Positions 18,996 through 29,264 of a stretch of DNA of 40,082 nucleotides are shown one piece after another. Numbering within the stretch: position 1 is the first letter of the stretch; every line of letters starts with the position of its first letter. The stretch covers positions 1-40,082 of the forward strand of contig UQXS01000001.1 of the NCBI GenBank assembly GCA_900545125.1, given 5' to 3'. Below the pieces are notes generated by a model. The model made no database searches, was not told the origin of the DNA, and saw nothing but the letters and a program-made list of their open reading frames with translations. The stretch comes from an uncultured Ruminococcus sp. (GTDB taxonomy: Bacteria > Bacillota > Clostridia > Oscillospirales > Ruminococcaceae). A program made the position numbers and the translations under genes.

Positions 18996-20294
18996 TCATA
19001 CAGCTGAGCGGACATTCTTCTGCTCCGGTACTTTATCCGGAACGCTTACCTTTTCAATATCTGCACCAAGACCACGAAGTTTGCCCTCCATGCAGTCATA
19101 GCCTCTCTCAATATGATAAATGTCCTCTATCTCGGTGATTCCGCTTGCCGCAAGACCGGCTATAATAAGAGCTGCACCGGCTCTCAGGTCGCACGCCTTT
19201 ACGGGAGCACCCATAAGCTTGCCCGTTCCCTCAATAAGAGCTACCTTGCCGTTTACGGTAATATCCGCCCCCATGCGTCTCAGCTCGTCCACATAGCGAA
19301 AACGATGTTCCCACACGCCCTCGGTAACAATGCTCGTTCCTTCTGCAAGGATAAGAAGAGTAGCTATCTGCGGCTGCATATCCGTCGGAAATCCGGGATG
19401 CGGCGTTGTTTTTACGTTTGCCTTTACAAGCGGGCCATCCACCCATACTCTCAGGCTGTCGTCATACTGCTCTATATTAACGCCTATCTTCTCCAGCTTC
19501 TTTGTAATGGATTCAAGATGCTTGGGAATGATATTTTCAACGATAATATCGCCCCTGGTAGCGGCGGCTGCTATCATAAATGTTCCTGCCTCTATCTGGT
19601 CGGGAATAACGGAATAAACAGTCCCGTGAAGCTGCTTTACTCCTCTGATCTTTATAACGTCCGTTCCTGCGCCCATGATATTCGCACCCATGGAATTGAG
19701 GAAGTTTGCCAGATCAACGATATGCGGTTCCTTTGCGGCATTTTCAATGACGGTAAGACCATCCGCTTTTACGGCGGCAAGCATGGCGTTCATTGTTGCG
19801 CCGACTGTTACAACGTCAAAGAATATCTGATTTCCCCTGAGACTGTCAGCGTGCAGGTCGATCATTCCCTGACTGAGCGTATATTCAGCTCCCAGTGCAG
19901 AAAATGCCTTGAGATGCTGGTCGATAGGTCGGTCGCCAAGAGGACATCCGCCCGGCATGGAAACTCTTGCCTTATTGAATTTTCCTAAAAGAGCACCCAG
20001 AAAATAATAAGAAGCACGCATTTTTCTTGCTGTCTCATAAGGCACGCATACCTTGTTTATGCCGGTAGGATCAATTCTGTAGGCATCCTTGCCCACATTT
20101 GTAACCACTGCGCCCATTTCTTTGAGTATTCTGAGACTGATATTGACATCGCTTATATTAGGAACGTTTTCAATAGTGCAAGGCTCGTCAGACAGGATAA
20201 CAGCCGGAAGAATAGCTACTGCTGCATTTTTCGCACCGCTTATGGCAACCCTGCCGGTCAGGCGTCTGCCGCCCTTTATAACAAACTTATCCAA
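18996..20294 (-). CDS. murA: UDP-N-acetylglucosamine 1-carboxyvinyltransferase
   Basis: SGAKNAA, MRASYY, PGGCPLGDRPIDQH, PGFPTDMQ and DLRAGA motifs; TTG start. Confidence 0.97.
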   Translation of the reverse strand: MDKFVIKGGRRLTGRVAISGAKNAAVAILPAVILSDEPCTIENVPNISDVNISLRILKEMGAVVTNVGKDAYRIDPTGINKVCVPYETARKMRASYYFLGALLGKFNKARVSMPGGCPLGDRPIDQHLKAFSALGAEYTLSQGMIDLHADSLRGNQIFFDVVTVGATMNAMLAAVKADGLTVIENAAKEPHIVDLANFLNSMGANIMGAGTDVIKIRGVKQLHGTVYSVIPDQIEAGTFMIAAAATRGDIIVENIIPKHLESITKKLEKIGVNIEQYDDSLRVWVDGPLVKANVKTTPHPGFPTDMQPQIATLLILAEGTSIVTEGVWEHRFRYVDELRRMGADITVNGKVALIEGTGKLMGAPVKACDLRAGAALIIAGLAASGITEIEDIYHIERGYDCMEGKLRGLGADIEKVSVPDKVPEQKNVRSAV

Positions 20295-20349
20295 TTAGAT
20301 TCTCTCCTTAATTGCGGACTCTGCATTCCGCTTCTTTTCTTTTGTTCTA

Positions 20350-21321
20350 TTATTCTGTATCTTTTTCTGCTTTGGGAGCATCTTCTCCCGTATAGTCGGC
20401 AATGAACCATTTAAGTTCCTCGCCCTCATATTTTCCGACCTTTACATATTCAATAACGACCGGTTCAACAGGAGTGCTTACCTCCGGATTCATAGCGTTT
20501 CCCTGATATACTTCAACATCCTGTATTGCAAATATGATATCAAGACCTTCGTAAACCTGTCCGAAAACCGTATATCCCCCGTCAAGCCACGGTGCGCCTC
20601 CTGCCGATGCAAGTATCTTCTTTATGTCATCGGAGAATGAATAACCTTTGCTTTCCAGCAATGACAAATAGTCGTTGTCGTATGTTTCTCCCGTCACAAT
20701 ATAGAACTGACTGCCGTCGGTCGATGTTGAACCGCTGTTTGCATATGCGATCGTACCTGCCGCATGAGTAAGCTTATCGGACGTGCCTCCGTCAAACTTG
20801 TCGCCCCAGAGCGATTCGCCGCCTGTACCAGTTCCAAGAGGATCACCGCCTTGTATCATGAAATCAGCCATGACCCTGTGCATTGTCAGACCGTCGTAAT
20901 AGCCTTTTTCCGCAAGACCGACAAAATTTTCAACACCAAGCTCGGCGTATTCAGGGAAAAGCCTGATCTTAACTTCACCGTCGTAACCCTTGAACTTCAT
21001 GATGATTATATCATCTCCCACTTCGGGAGCAGTAAAATTCTTGACATCTGATTTTTCGGTATCAATATCCGGCACCGATCTGTCGGCGAACCTTGAAATA
21101 TCTATAGTTTTATTATCCATACTGCCGGAATTCTCAGCTGTAGTTGATTCCTTATCGTCTCCTGCCGGAGCTGTAGTTTCTTCGGCGGACTGATTATCGG
21201 AAGCCGAAGTTTCCTTGCTGTCGTCATCCACCTCAAGATGCTTGCCGCAGGATGTCATGGCAGCAGATGCCATAACCATACAGAGAATAGCTGCTAATGT
21301 CTTTCTGAACATAAATTTCAC
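20350..21321 (-). CDS. cyclophilin-type peptidyl-prolyl isomerase, lipoprotein
   Basis: Lipobox-like AMTSC, low-complexity linker, HRVMADFMIQGGDP, GSQFYI and PWLDGGYTVFGQV. Confidence 0.92.
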   Translation of the reverse strand: MKFMFRKTLAAILCMVMASAAMTSCGKHLEVDDDSKETSASDNQSAEETTAPAGDDKESTTAENSGSMDNKTIDISRFADRSVPDIDTEKSDVKNFTAPEVGDDIIIMKFKGYDGEVKIRLFPEYAELGVENFVGLAEKGYYDGLTMHRVMADFMIQGGDPLGTGTGGESLWGDKFDGGTSDKLTHAAGTIAYANSGSTSTDGSQFYIVTGETYDNDYLSLLESKGYSFSDDIKKILASAGGAPWLDGGYTVFGQVYEGLDIIFAIQDVEVYQGNAMNPEVSTPVEPVVIEYVKVGKYEGEELKWFIADYTGEDAPKAEKDTE

Positions 21322-21381
21322 TCCTTAATTTTCTACGTGAAACATAAAATCGTACAGGCAATATGATGCCTCAGCCTGTTT

Positions 21382-21410
21382 ATTATACTACAAAAAATCC
21401 ATTTTGTAAA
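21382..21410 (-). promoter_or_regulatory. sigma-A promoter candidate
   Basis: TTTACA-17nt-TATAAT. Confidence 0.6.
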
Positions 21411-21481
21411 TACTTTCCGCTTAAATTTGTAAGAAACAGTCAAACCGAATGCAAAACAGCGGAGATATTCGTAAAGCGTGA

Positions 21482-22288
21482 CTATTTTTCCTCAGCCTGT
21501 CCGTTATTTTCAGCATCGGAATATGTGCTTATGGTTATGGATCTTATCATCACATCTTCCGTAGGGGTAAAGAACTTTCCTGTTTTCTGTCCCTCCAGAG
21601 AAGACAGCTTTTCAACAACGTCAAAGCCCTCATACGTCTGACCGATAATCGTCATCTGCTGTGAGAAATTAGGTATTCCGCCTTTTTCCACAAAAGCGTC
21701 TGCGAGTTCCTGACTTGCGGAATTTTCCTTGAGTTCACTTATAATATCATCGGTAAATTCAATTGAATTAAGGATATAGAAACGGCTTCCATTATAATAA
21801 GTACCGCCGCCCAGAACTTTCTGCTTGAATGTACGGACATAATCCGTCTGCATCATGCACACTGCTCCTCTGAACGGCCACAGATCCTGATGCAGTTCAC
21901 GCTTGACGTGTTCGTTGGTGTTCTTGCCTACAGAACCGTTTTTTGCCGGAGTACCGCCGGCACAGTATGTTCCGTCACGTGAATCAAAAATATAGGTATT
22001 GTCGTAATATCCGTCGTTGGCAAGCTTTGTGAAGTTTGCGACAGCCTCCGGGGACTGCTCCGGATAAAGTACCATTCGTATTTCGCCTTCTGTAGTGTCA
22101 ATTATAGCTATAGGATCGCCGTTCTTTGGTTTTTCAAGCTGGATAAGCTCCATTGTATTGGGATTAACGGTGATGTAAGTATTATTCTTTTCACGCTGAC
22201 CTTCGGCATACAGAAGTCCGAACGTAAGACCTCCCATAACAAGCGTGAGAATAAGAATAATTTTAAGCAGTCTTTTTCCTTCTTTCAT
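21482..22288 (-). CDS. membrane-anchored cyclophilin-like protein, degenerate active site
   Basis: N-terminal TM helix; TTEGEI, PEAVANF, GYYD, GSRFYI and IIGQTYEGFDVV. FHRVI is replaced by IFDSR. Confidence 0.85.
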   Translation of the reverse strand: MKEGKRLLKIILILTLVMGGLTFGLLYAEGQREKNNTYITVNPNTMELIQLEKPKNGDPIAIIDTTEGEIRMVLYPEQSPEAVANFTKLANDGYYDNTYIFDSRDGTYCAGGTPAKNGSVGKNTNEHVKRELHQDLWPFRGAVCMMQTDYVRTFKQKVLGGGTYYNGSRFYILNSIEFTDDIISELKENSASQELADAFVEKGGIPNFSQQMTIIGQTYEGFDVVEKLSSLEGQKTGKFFTPTEDVMIRSITISTYSDAENNGQAEEK

Positions 22289-22319
22289 ATTTATACCTCT
22301 TTAAATATATTCCTATTCA

Positions 22320-22348
22320 ATTATACTCATACCGACAAAATTTGTCAA
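22320..22348 (-). promoter_or_regulatory. sigma-A promoter
   Basis: TTGACA-17nt-TATAAT consensus. Confidence 0.75.
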
Positions 22349-22413
22349 GGGCAGTACTCACTTTTACAATACCGCACAACTTTATTTTTGCCTTTGAATG
22401 CCGGATATAAACA

Positions 22414-24222
22414 TCAGCTTCCGAAAATTTTTTCAAGCAGCGTAAGCGTTACTTCGCCGACCTTGTCGGAGTTCACGATCTCTCTTGCCAGATCAGGACG
22501 GTTGGTTATTATATTATCCACGCCCAGTGTCAGCATATTCCGGATATCGTCTTTCCGGTCAACAGTCCACACAAAGATAAGTTTGCCGTTCTGATGAGCC
22601 GCCTCAACAATGCTTTTATTTACAAAAAGATAATTCATACTCACAGCGTCAATATCTGTAAGCTGCGAATATCTCACCGTGGCGGCAAGATTTGCTATAA
22701 GAGCAGTCTTTATCTTCGGCTCACGTGATTTGACACGCTGGAGTGCCTTATATGAAAACGACGTGATATAGCAGGATTTAGTATATCCGTATTCTTTTAC
22801 AAGTTCAACGGTCTTGTCTGCGGCAAGGTTTACATTGCCTATATCCTTTATCTCGATATTCAGCAGACATCTTTTGTCAACAAGTTCCAGCACATCTGAA
22901 AGAAGCATTATTTCTGCATCCTCGTACTCGCTGCCGAACCATGCGCCGGCTGACAAACTGCGAAGTTCCTCATATGTATACTTATTGACACGGCCTTTCC
23001 CGTTGGTAGTGCGGTTCAGAGTATCATCGTGAATTACCACAAGCTGTTCATCCTTTGTCAGCTGAACGTCAAGCTCAATGTAATCGGCTTTGCTCTCTAT
23101 TGCAGCTTCAAAGGCATATTTCGTATTTTCCGGTGCATCATGAGAAAATCCACGGTGAGCACTTATCTGCGTACTGCGGATACTTGCGTCTATCTTGATA
23201 TTTCCCCTGTAAATTCCGATAAAATAATAAATATTAACGCTCACGCCGATAACGGACAGTATTGTGATAAGTATGATATTTTTCCTTTTTTGCTTTATGA
23301 GACGGCGGCAGTCAGGCGTAATAAGCTCCTCATTTTCGTCAAGATCAGCCATGAACTTTCCCGTAAGCCAGCACATAATAGCAGGTGCGGAAAAAAATGC
23401 AGAAACTGCCGAGAACGCTCTTATCGTATAAACGAGTACACGAAGTGCAGTTCGGAACGCCTTGCCGGGCAGTGAAAAACCCTTGATAATATACACTATC
23501 AGAAAGCTCACGCCAAATGTCACTGCGGCTATAACGCAGAGTATCACCAGTGTCCACAGCAAAAACTGAAATGCCATACGGAATTTCTTTTTCTTTATTT
23601 TTTCCAGACTTTTATTGCAGCACTCCCCGAAGTTTTTATTCGTCAGCACCAGATAATGCAGACTGTAACTTCTTCCGACAATAAGCATTATAGTAACTGT
23701 CTGTATCAATAAATATGCGATTACCGCCAGCCGGCTGTCAAAATTCTGAAAAATACGCCTGAGTATGGGCATTATCGGAGCAATAAAAGTTCCCGACGAG
23801 AGAGTAAACTGCGCAAAGGGCATAAACAACATGAAAAGCAGGAAACGGAGAATTCCGATTCCTCTCAGTGCTCTTCCAAAGCTTTTAACGCCGATTCTGA
23901 ACATTCCGCCGACGGATACCGGTTCATTGCGGCTTGCACATGAAAAACAGGCGGCAAGTGCCGTGAGTTCCACAAATGCAAAAAAACCTGCACAGAAAAG
24001 TACAAGAACTATAAATATCAGCGTTATAGGGCTTTTCAGATAAATAAGCATACTTTCATCCGAAAGATAGGCTATTCCGGATGCCGACATGGAAAGCTTG
24101 AACACAAATGCCAGAACAGGTGCTCCGACAGCGACAAGCAGTAATTTGTACAAAAACTCAAACATCAGGAAATGCGGCATTGCCCTGACAAATGTTTTCA
24201 TAGATTTAAAAAAATTCTTCAT
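22414..24222 (-). CDS. glycerophosphodiester phosphodiesterase with N-terminal membrane domain
   Basis: Multi-TM N-terminus; SAHRG, PENT, IELDVQLTKD, IHD, NIEIK, VWTVD and IITNRP. Confidence 0.93.
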   Translation of the reverse strand: MKNFFKSMKTFVRAMPHFLMFEFLYKLLLVAVGAPVLAFVFKLSMSASGIAYLSDESMLIYLKSPITLIFIVLVLFCAGFFAFVELTALAACFSCASRNEPVSVGGMFRIGVKSFGRALRGIGILRFLLFMLFMPFAQFTLSSGTFIAPIMPILRRIFQNFDSRLAVIAYLLIQTVTIMLIVGRSYSLHYLVLTNKNFGECCNKSLEKIKKKKFRMAFQFLLWTLVILCVIAAVTFGVSFLIVYIIKGFSLPGKAFRTALRVLVYTIRAFSAVSAFFSAPAIMCWLTGKFMADLDENEELITPDCRRLIKQKRKNIILITILSVIGVSVNIYYFIGIYRGNIKIDASIRSTQISAHRGFSHDAPENTKYAFEAAIESKADYIELDVQLTKDEQLVVIHDDTLNRTTNGKGRVNKYTYEELRSLSAGAWFGSEYEDAEIMLLSDVLELVDKRCLLNIEIKDIGNVNLAADKTVELVKEYGYTKSCYITSFSYKALQRVKSREPKIKTALIANLAATVRYSQLTDIDAVSMNYLFVNKSIVEAAHQNGKLIFVWTVDRKDDIRNMLTLGVDNIITNRPDLAREIVNSDKVGEVTLTLLEKIFGS

Positions 24223-24265
24223 AAAAGCTCCAGATTATTATTATACCCTATTATTTATATTTTTT

Positions 24266-24294
24266 ATTATACACTATTATTCATAATTTGTCAA
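24266..24294 (-). promoter_or_regulatory. sigma-A promoter
   Basis: TTGACA-17nt-TATAAT consensus. Confidence 0.75.
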
Positions 24295-24416
24295 TAAATA
24301 AATTTGCCTGTACATTTGTACAGGCTTACAGACAGATAAAATAAATTCAGACGGGGGAATTGGGGGATTTCTTGAGGGATTTCCTCTTAATCCTTATTTA
24401 TAATACCCTTTTATTC

Positions 24417-26303
24417 TTAAAATAGTCTTAAAAAATTACCGGTGATAATTGTATAGCCATAGGGTTCTATCTCAACCGTGTTATTTTCAAATCGTCCTAT
24501 ATACGGCTTTAGGTCACTAAAAAGTTCAAGCAATTTCGACACATTTCCCACAGTTATGTCTGCTTCACTCTTATTCACAAAAAAGATATAATCCGGATCT
24601 CCCTGACGTGTAAACACTGTTACTCTGTCATCATTCACCCACTTATCGTTATCAACGAAATAGATCCTGCCGTCTCTCAGATTGGGTATTGACTTTCTGA
24701 CACGGCTGAGACGGCTTACGTACTCAATAAGCTCGTGATCCTCATTGCCCCACGGATAACAGCGTCGGTTGAAAGGATCTTTATAGCCTTGGAGTCCCGC
24801 CTCATCACCATAATATATGCTTGGAACTCCGGGCAGGAAAAACATAAGAGCCATTGCCGCCTTGAGACGATTTTTACCCAGATTATATTCATACTCGTTA
24901 AGATAGCGCTCTGCCATCCAGTCCTTGCTCTTGTCATCGCAGCTTTCACCGCCCAGACGGTTAATAGCACGTTCAATATCGTGAGTAGAGACAAAATTCA
25001 TGAGAACATCCAGCGTCGGCTTGGGATAATTTTCAGCAATGGTCATTACGGAATTGGCAAGATCATTGGCTTTTCCGCCCTTTACAAAGTTGATTATCGC
25101 TTCACGGAAAGGATAATTCATAACGGAGTCAAGCTGATTTCCCAGAAGATAACGCCTTTTTATGCCGTAGCTTTCCTTGTTGGATGCATCCTCCCACACT
25201 TCTCCGATTACTATTTTGTCCTTGCCGTAACCCTTGACGCTCTTCCGGAGATTAAACAAAAATCGGTCAGGGAGTTCGTCTGCCACATCAAGGCGCCACC
25301 CTGCCGCGCCCTTGCCAAGCCAGTAATTCAGAACACCCTCTTCACCGCAGATAAATTCGGTATAATCCTCGTTGTTCTCCCAAACGTTGGGGAGGGTGTC
25401 GATCCCCCACCACGCTTCATAAACATCAGGATAGTTAATAAACGTATACCAGCTATAATACGGACTGTCCTTGGACTGATATGCGCCCTGTTCCGGATAT
25501 CTGCCGAACTTGTTGAAATAAACGCTGTCTGCTCCCGTATGAGAGAAAACTCCGTCAAGTATCACGGATATACCGTACTTGTCAGCCTCACGGCAAAGCT
25601 CTTCAAAATCATCGTTCGTTCCGAGAAGCGGATCGGCTTTCATGTAATTTGCAGTATTGTAGCGGTGATTTTCGTGCGATTCAAAAATCGGATTCAGATA
25701 GATGCAGGTAACACCGAGGTCATGGAGATAAGGCAGTTTTGACTGGATTCCTGCAAAATCTCCGCCGAAATAGTCGTTGTTCCAGACATGACCGTTCTGA
25801 TCCGGCTTATAATAGGGAGTTTCTCCCCATTCACGCATAACACGGTCGCCGGGAACTCCCTCGTGTTCCTTTCCGCTCTTGCAGAAACGGTCGGGGAAGA
25901 TCTGGTACATAACGCCGCCTTTCAGGAAATCCGGCGTTTCATACGTGTTATTATAGACGGTAAGCTGGAAAAGATCGCCGAAATCCACATTGCCCTCATG
26001 AACGTTCTGTTTCTTTATATAGTGGCGTGCGCCGTTTGATATATAAGAAAAATAGTAGTAGTGAACATCGGTATATCTTGCAGTATACTCCGTGGAATAC
26101 GCCATGCAGTCGCCCTCGTCAGTGACTTCATTCATTCTGAGAAAGCGTTCTTTGAATCCGGTACGGAAAAGTACAAGAACGGGTGGAGATTCAAGAGGTA
26201 TATCCTTTGCGAGCCTTATGGTAAAGCGGCAGGTCTCTCCCTGCTTTATCGCTCCGAAGATCGACTTATAGCTAAGATCCCATGAATCATAAATTGGTTT
26301 CAT
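24417..26303 (-). CDS. GH13 alpha-glucan hydrolase (neopullulanase/amylopullulanase-like)
   Basis: YQIFPDRF, LDGVFSH, GWRLDVADE, IGEVWE, STHD and IYYGDE; downstream of glgP. Confidence 0.92.
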   Translation of the reverse strand: MKPIYDSWDLSYKSIFGAIKQGETCRFTIRLAKDIPLESPPVLVLFRTGFKERFLRMNEVTDEGDCMAYSTEYTARYTDVHYYYFSYISNGARHYIKKQNVHEGNVDFGDLFQLTVYNNTYETPDFLKGGVMYQIFPDRFCKSGKEHEGVPGDRVMREWGETPYYKPDQNGHVWNNDYFGGDFAGIQSKLPYLHDLGVTCIYLNPIFESHENHRYNTANYMKADPLLGTNDDFEELCREADKYGISVILDGVFSHTGADSVYFNKFGRYPEQGAYQSKDSPYYSWYTFINYPDVYEAWWGIDTLPNVWENNEDYTEFICGEEGVLNYWLGKGAAGWRLDVADELPDRFLFNLRKSVKGYGKDKIVIGEVWEDASNKESYGIKRRYLLGNQLDSVMNYPFREAIINFVKGGKANDLANSVMTIAENYPKPTLDVLMNFVSTHDIERAINRLGGESCDDKSKDWMAERYLNEYEYNLGKNRLKAAMALMFFLPGVPSIYYGDEAGLQGYKDPFNRRCYPWGNEDHELIEYVSRLSRVRKSIPNLRDGRIYFVDNDKWVNDDRVTVFTRQGDPDYIFFVNKSEADITVGNVSKLLELFSDLKPYIGRFENNTVEIEPYGYTIITGNFLRLF

Positions 26304-26325
26304 TAATCTGCCTCCAAAAATTAGT

Positions 26326-26350
26326 TACGGGCGGACAACGCCCGCCCGTA
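26326..26350 (-). other. intercistronic stem-loop (glgP/GH13)
   Basis: TACGGGCGG-7nt-CCGCCCGTA, perfect 9-bp stem. Confidence 0.5.
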
Positions 26351-26363
26351 TTAAAGGTTTGAA

Positions 26364-28772
26364 TTATCTTAAATGCCAGATGTTGTCAGCATATTCTGTA
26401 ACTGCACGGTCGGCAGAGAAGATTCCTGCGCCGGCAATATTGTTAAGGGACATCTTAGCCCACTTCATCTTGTCATTGTAGCACTCTGTAACGTATCTCT
26501 GAGCATTTCTGTAGCTGTCAAAGTCGGCAAGAACCATATACGGATCACGATCTTTCAGCGAATTTGCAACATCGTTGAAAGTACAGCCATTGATGCCGTG
26601 ATACATACGCTCAATGCCTTCTCTGATAACAGGATTGCTGTTGAAATAGTCCTCAGGTCTGTATCCTCTTGCTTTAAGTTCGTTTACCTCAGGAGTGGTC
26701 ATACCGAATATAACTATATTATCGTCGCCGGCAGCCTCCTTGATCTCGATATTTGCACCGTCAAGAGTTCCGAGGGTAACAGCTCCGTTAAGCATGAGCT
26801 TCATATTGCCCGTACCGGATGCCTCTGTTCCAGCCAGCGAGATCTGCTCTGAAACGTCTGATGCAGGCATGAGGATCTCCGAAAGCGTTACGCAGTAGTT
26901 TTCAAGGAACACTACCTGAAGCTTCTGTCTGATACGTGGATTCTTCCTGATCTCCTCGGATATAGCCCAGATCATCTTGATTATCTGCTTTGCAAGGTAG
27001 TAGCCGGGAGCAGCCTTTGCAGCGAAAATATATGTCTTGGGCGTAAAGGGAGCATCAGGATTGTTAAGAAGATACGCATAATCCGCAAGGATATTCATAA
27101 CGTTGAGGTGCTGTCTCTTGTACTCGTGGAGACGCTTTACCTGTACATCGAAGATGCTGTCGGTATCAAGGATGATTCCGCTGGTATTCTTTACACGCTT
27201 TGCAAATCTGTCCTTGTTAGCTTTCTTGACATCCATAAGCTTTGTGAGGACTTCCTGATCGTCCTGGAAAGCCCTGAACTTTTCAAGCTCTGCGCCGTCC
27301 TTTATAAACTTTTCACCGATAGTTTCCTCAAGAAGTCCGGTAAGACCGGGATTGGACTGATAGAGCCATCTTCTGTATGCGATTCCGTTGGTAACGTTCT
27401 TGAACTTTTCGGGAGTATTCTCGTATTCGTCGTGGAAAACGGACTGCTTTATGATCTCGGAATGAAGCTTTGATACGCCGTTTACGCTGTGTGACACCGC
27501 AACGCAGAGCGTAGCCATGTGGATCATATTGTCCTTGATGATAGACATACGTGTTGTCTTTGCGCTGTCGTAGCCGTTTCTTTCCATAAGTGACTGACAG
27601 TAGCGGTTGTTTATTTCAACAATGATAGAGAAAATTCTCGGAATAACGTGCTTTACAAGGTTTACATCCCACTTTTCAAGAGCCTCTGCCATAACGGTAT
27701 GGTTTGTATATGCAAAGGTCTTTACAACGATATCCCACGACTTCTCCCATGTGTATCCGCAGTCATCGAGAAGTATTCTCATAAGTTCGGGAATAGCAAG
27801 GGTAGGATGAGTATCGTTAATGTGGATAGCTACCTTCTCGGCAAGATTGTCAAGAGTGCCGTAAACATTCATGTGAGTGTTTACGATATCGCCTACTGCG
27901 GCGGCACAGAGGAAGTACTGCTGACGAAGACGGAGCGACTTGCCCTTGTTATGGTTGTCGTTGGGGTAAAGTATTTTTGAAATAGCGTTTGCAATAGAGT
28001 TCTGTGCAAGAGCACTCTCGTAATTGCCCTTGTTGAACATATCCATGTCAAAGCTCGGAGCTTTCGCAGACCAGAGACGAAGCACCGAAACGCCCTCGCT
28101 GCCGTAGCCTGATACGTACATATCGTAGGGGGTAGCAACAACGGTATTGTAATTCACATGGCTGATATAGTGGTACTGATTATCCCAGTATTCCTGAAGA
28201 TCGCCCTCAAAATGAATATCAATGGAAAGCTCCGGCTTTGGCACAAGCCATACAGAACCGCCGGGAAGCCAGTTATCGGGGAGTTCAGTCTGCCAGCCGT
28301 CCTCCAGCTTCTGCTGGAAAATGCCGTATTCGTAGCATATGGAGTGACCCATTGCCGGGAATCCCTGTGTTGCAAGGCCGTCAAGATAGCAGGCTGCAAG
28401 ACGTCCGAGACCGCCGTTGCCCAGACCTGCATCCGGCTCGTGGTCGTATATCTTATCCAGATTAATATCGTATGATTTCAGCATTGCCCTGATATCGTCT
28501 GCAAGTTCAAGGTTATAGATGCTTGTCTTGAGGGAACGTCCCATAAGGAATTCCATTGATAAATAATAAATCTGCTTGCCGCCGACAGAGTGTGTATGAT
28601 TTATGAAGCTCTGCCTCTTTGCGCCGAGTATCTCAACGATGATTGACGAAAGGACATGATAAACCTGCTTGTCGGAAGCCTCCTCGGGGGAAACGCTGTA
28701 GAGAAGCTGAAGCTTTCTCGGGAATTCTTCTTTGATCCTGTCCATGAGAGGATTTGCTTTTTTTATTGCCAT
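26364..28772 (-). CDS. glgP: glycogen/starch phosphorylase
   Basis: SMEFLMGR, GLGNGGLGRLAAC, INDTHP, KRLHEYKRQ and EASGTGNMK. Start reassigned to ATG 28772 (AGGAGA RBS). Confidence 0.97.
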   Translation of the reverse strand: MAIKKANPLMDRIKEEFPRKLQLLYSVSPEEASDKQVYHVLSSIIVEILGAKRQSFINHTHSVGGKQIYYLSMEFLMGRSLKTSIYNLELADDIRAMLKSYDINLDKIYDHEPDAGLGNGGLGRLAACYLDGLATQGFPAMGHSICYEYGIFQQKLEDGWQTELPDNWLPGGSVWLVPKPELSIDIHFEGDLQEYWDNQYHYISHVNYNTVVATPYDMYVSGYGSEGVSVLRLWSAKAPSFDMDMFNKGNYESALAQNSIANAISKILYPNDNHNKGKSLRLRQQYFLCAAAVGDIVNTHMNVYGTLDNLAEKVAIHINDTHPTLAIPELMRILLDDCGYTWEKSWDIVVKTFAYTNHTVMAEALEKWDVNLVKHVIPRIFSIIVEINNRYCQSLMERNGYDSAKTTRMSIIKDNMIHMATLCVAVSHSVNGVSKLHSEIIKQSVFHDEYENTPEKFKNVTNGIAYRRWLYQSNPGLTGLLEETIGEKFIKDGAELEKFRAFQDDQEVLTKLMDVKKANKDRFAKRVKNTSGIILDTDSIFDVQVKRLHEYKRQHLNVMNILADYAYLLNNPDAPFTPKTYIFAAKAAPGYYLAKQIIKMIWAISEEIRKNPRIRQKLQVVFLENYCVTLSEILMPASDVSEQISLAGTEASGTGNMKLMLNGAVTLGTLDGANIEIKEAAGDDNIVIFGMTTPEVNELKARGYRPEDYFNSNPVIREGIERMYHGINGCTFNDVANSLKDRDPYMVLADFDSYRNAQRYVTECYNDKMKWAKMSLNNIAGAGIFSADRAVTEYADNIWHLR

Positions 28773-28889
28773 AGTATATCTCCTATCTGCCGCCGGATGC
28801 GGCTTATTACTGATCGTATTTTTTTCTTCCGTTATAATTCTCTGTAAAGCGTCATGACGGAAAAATAAATTTACAAACGGTATATTTAA

Positions 28890-28918
28890 ATTGTACCATG
28901 TTTCATTATTTTTTGCAA
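28890..28918 (-). promoter_or_regulatory. sigma-A promoter candidate for glgP
   Basis: TTGCAA-17nt-TACAAT with TGn extension. Confidence 0.6.
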
Positions 28919-29128
28919 TTGTAACAATCAACAAATTTTTTTCAACGAAATTTATATATTGCGTAATTTTAACAAAAAAGCTGGTGTCCGACAGCTAAAA
29001 AAACCGTTTTTTATCGTGATATTCGCCAACGGTATATTTTTCAACAAGGTATTTTTGTTAATTTTGCACAACACATTACTTATCTAAAATTTCTCTGATA
29101 TTTTTAAAAAATAAAACACAAAAAACAT

Positions 29129-29157
29129 TTGAAATCCTCGTAAAAATGTGGTATAAT
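29129..29157 (+). promoter_or_regulatory. sigma-A promoter
   Basis: TTGAAA-17nt-TATAAT with TGn extension. Confidence 0.7.
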
Positions 29158-29264
29158 ATAGGTAATCAACCGTGCGGAATTATATCCGCCGGAAAACGTG
29201 TAGAAAAAGAACATCAGCGCATTATGCGGCTGAAACGCCCAAAAAAAGAAAAGGATGATTGTGA

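Noticed and set aside
24306..24325. GCCTGTACA-TT-TGTACAGGC palindrome
   Set aside because: Could be a weak GH13 terminator or an operator for the GDPD promoter; no evidence to choose and no second copy seen.
28773..28934. 54-aa N-terminal extension of GlgP
   Set aside because: Overlaps the promoter; the RBS supports ATG 28772. The upstream starts given for leuC, leuD, rplJ, 13503 and 37872 were trimmed on the same grounds.
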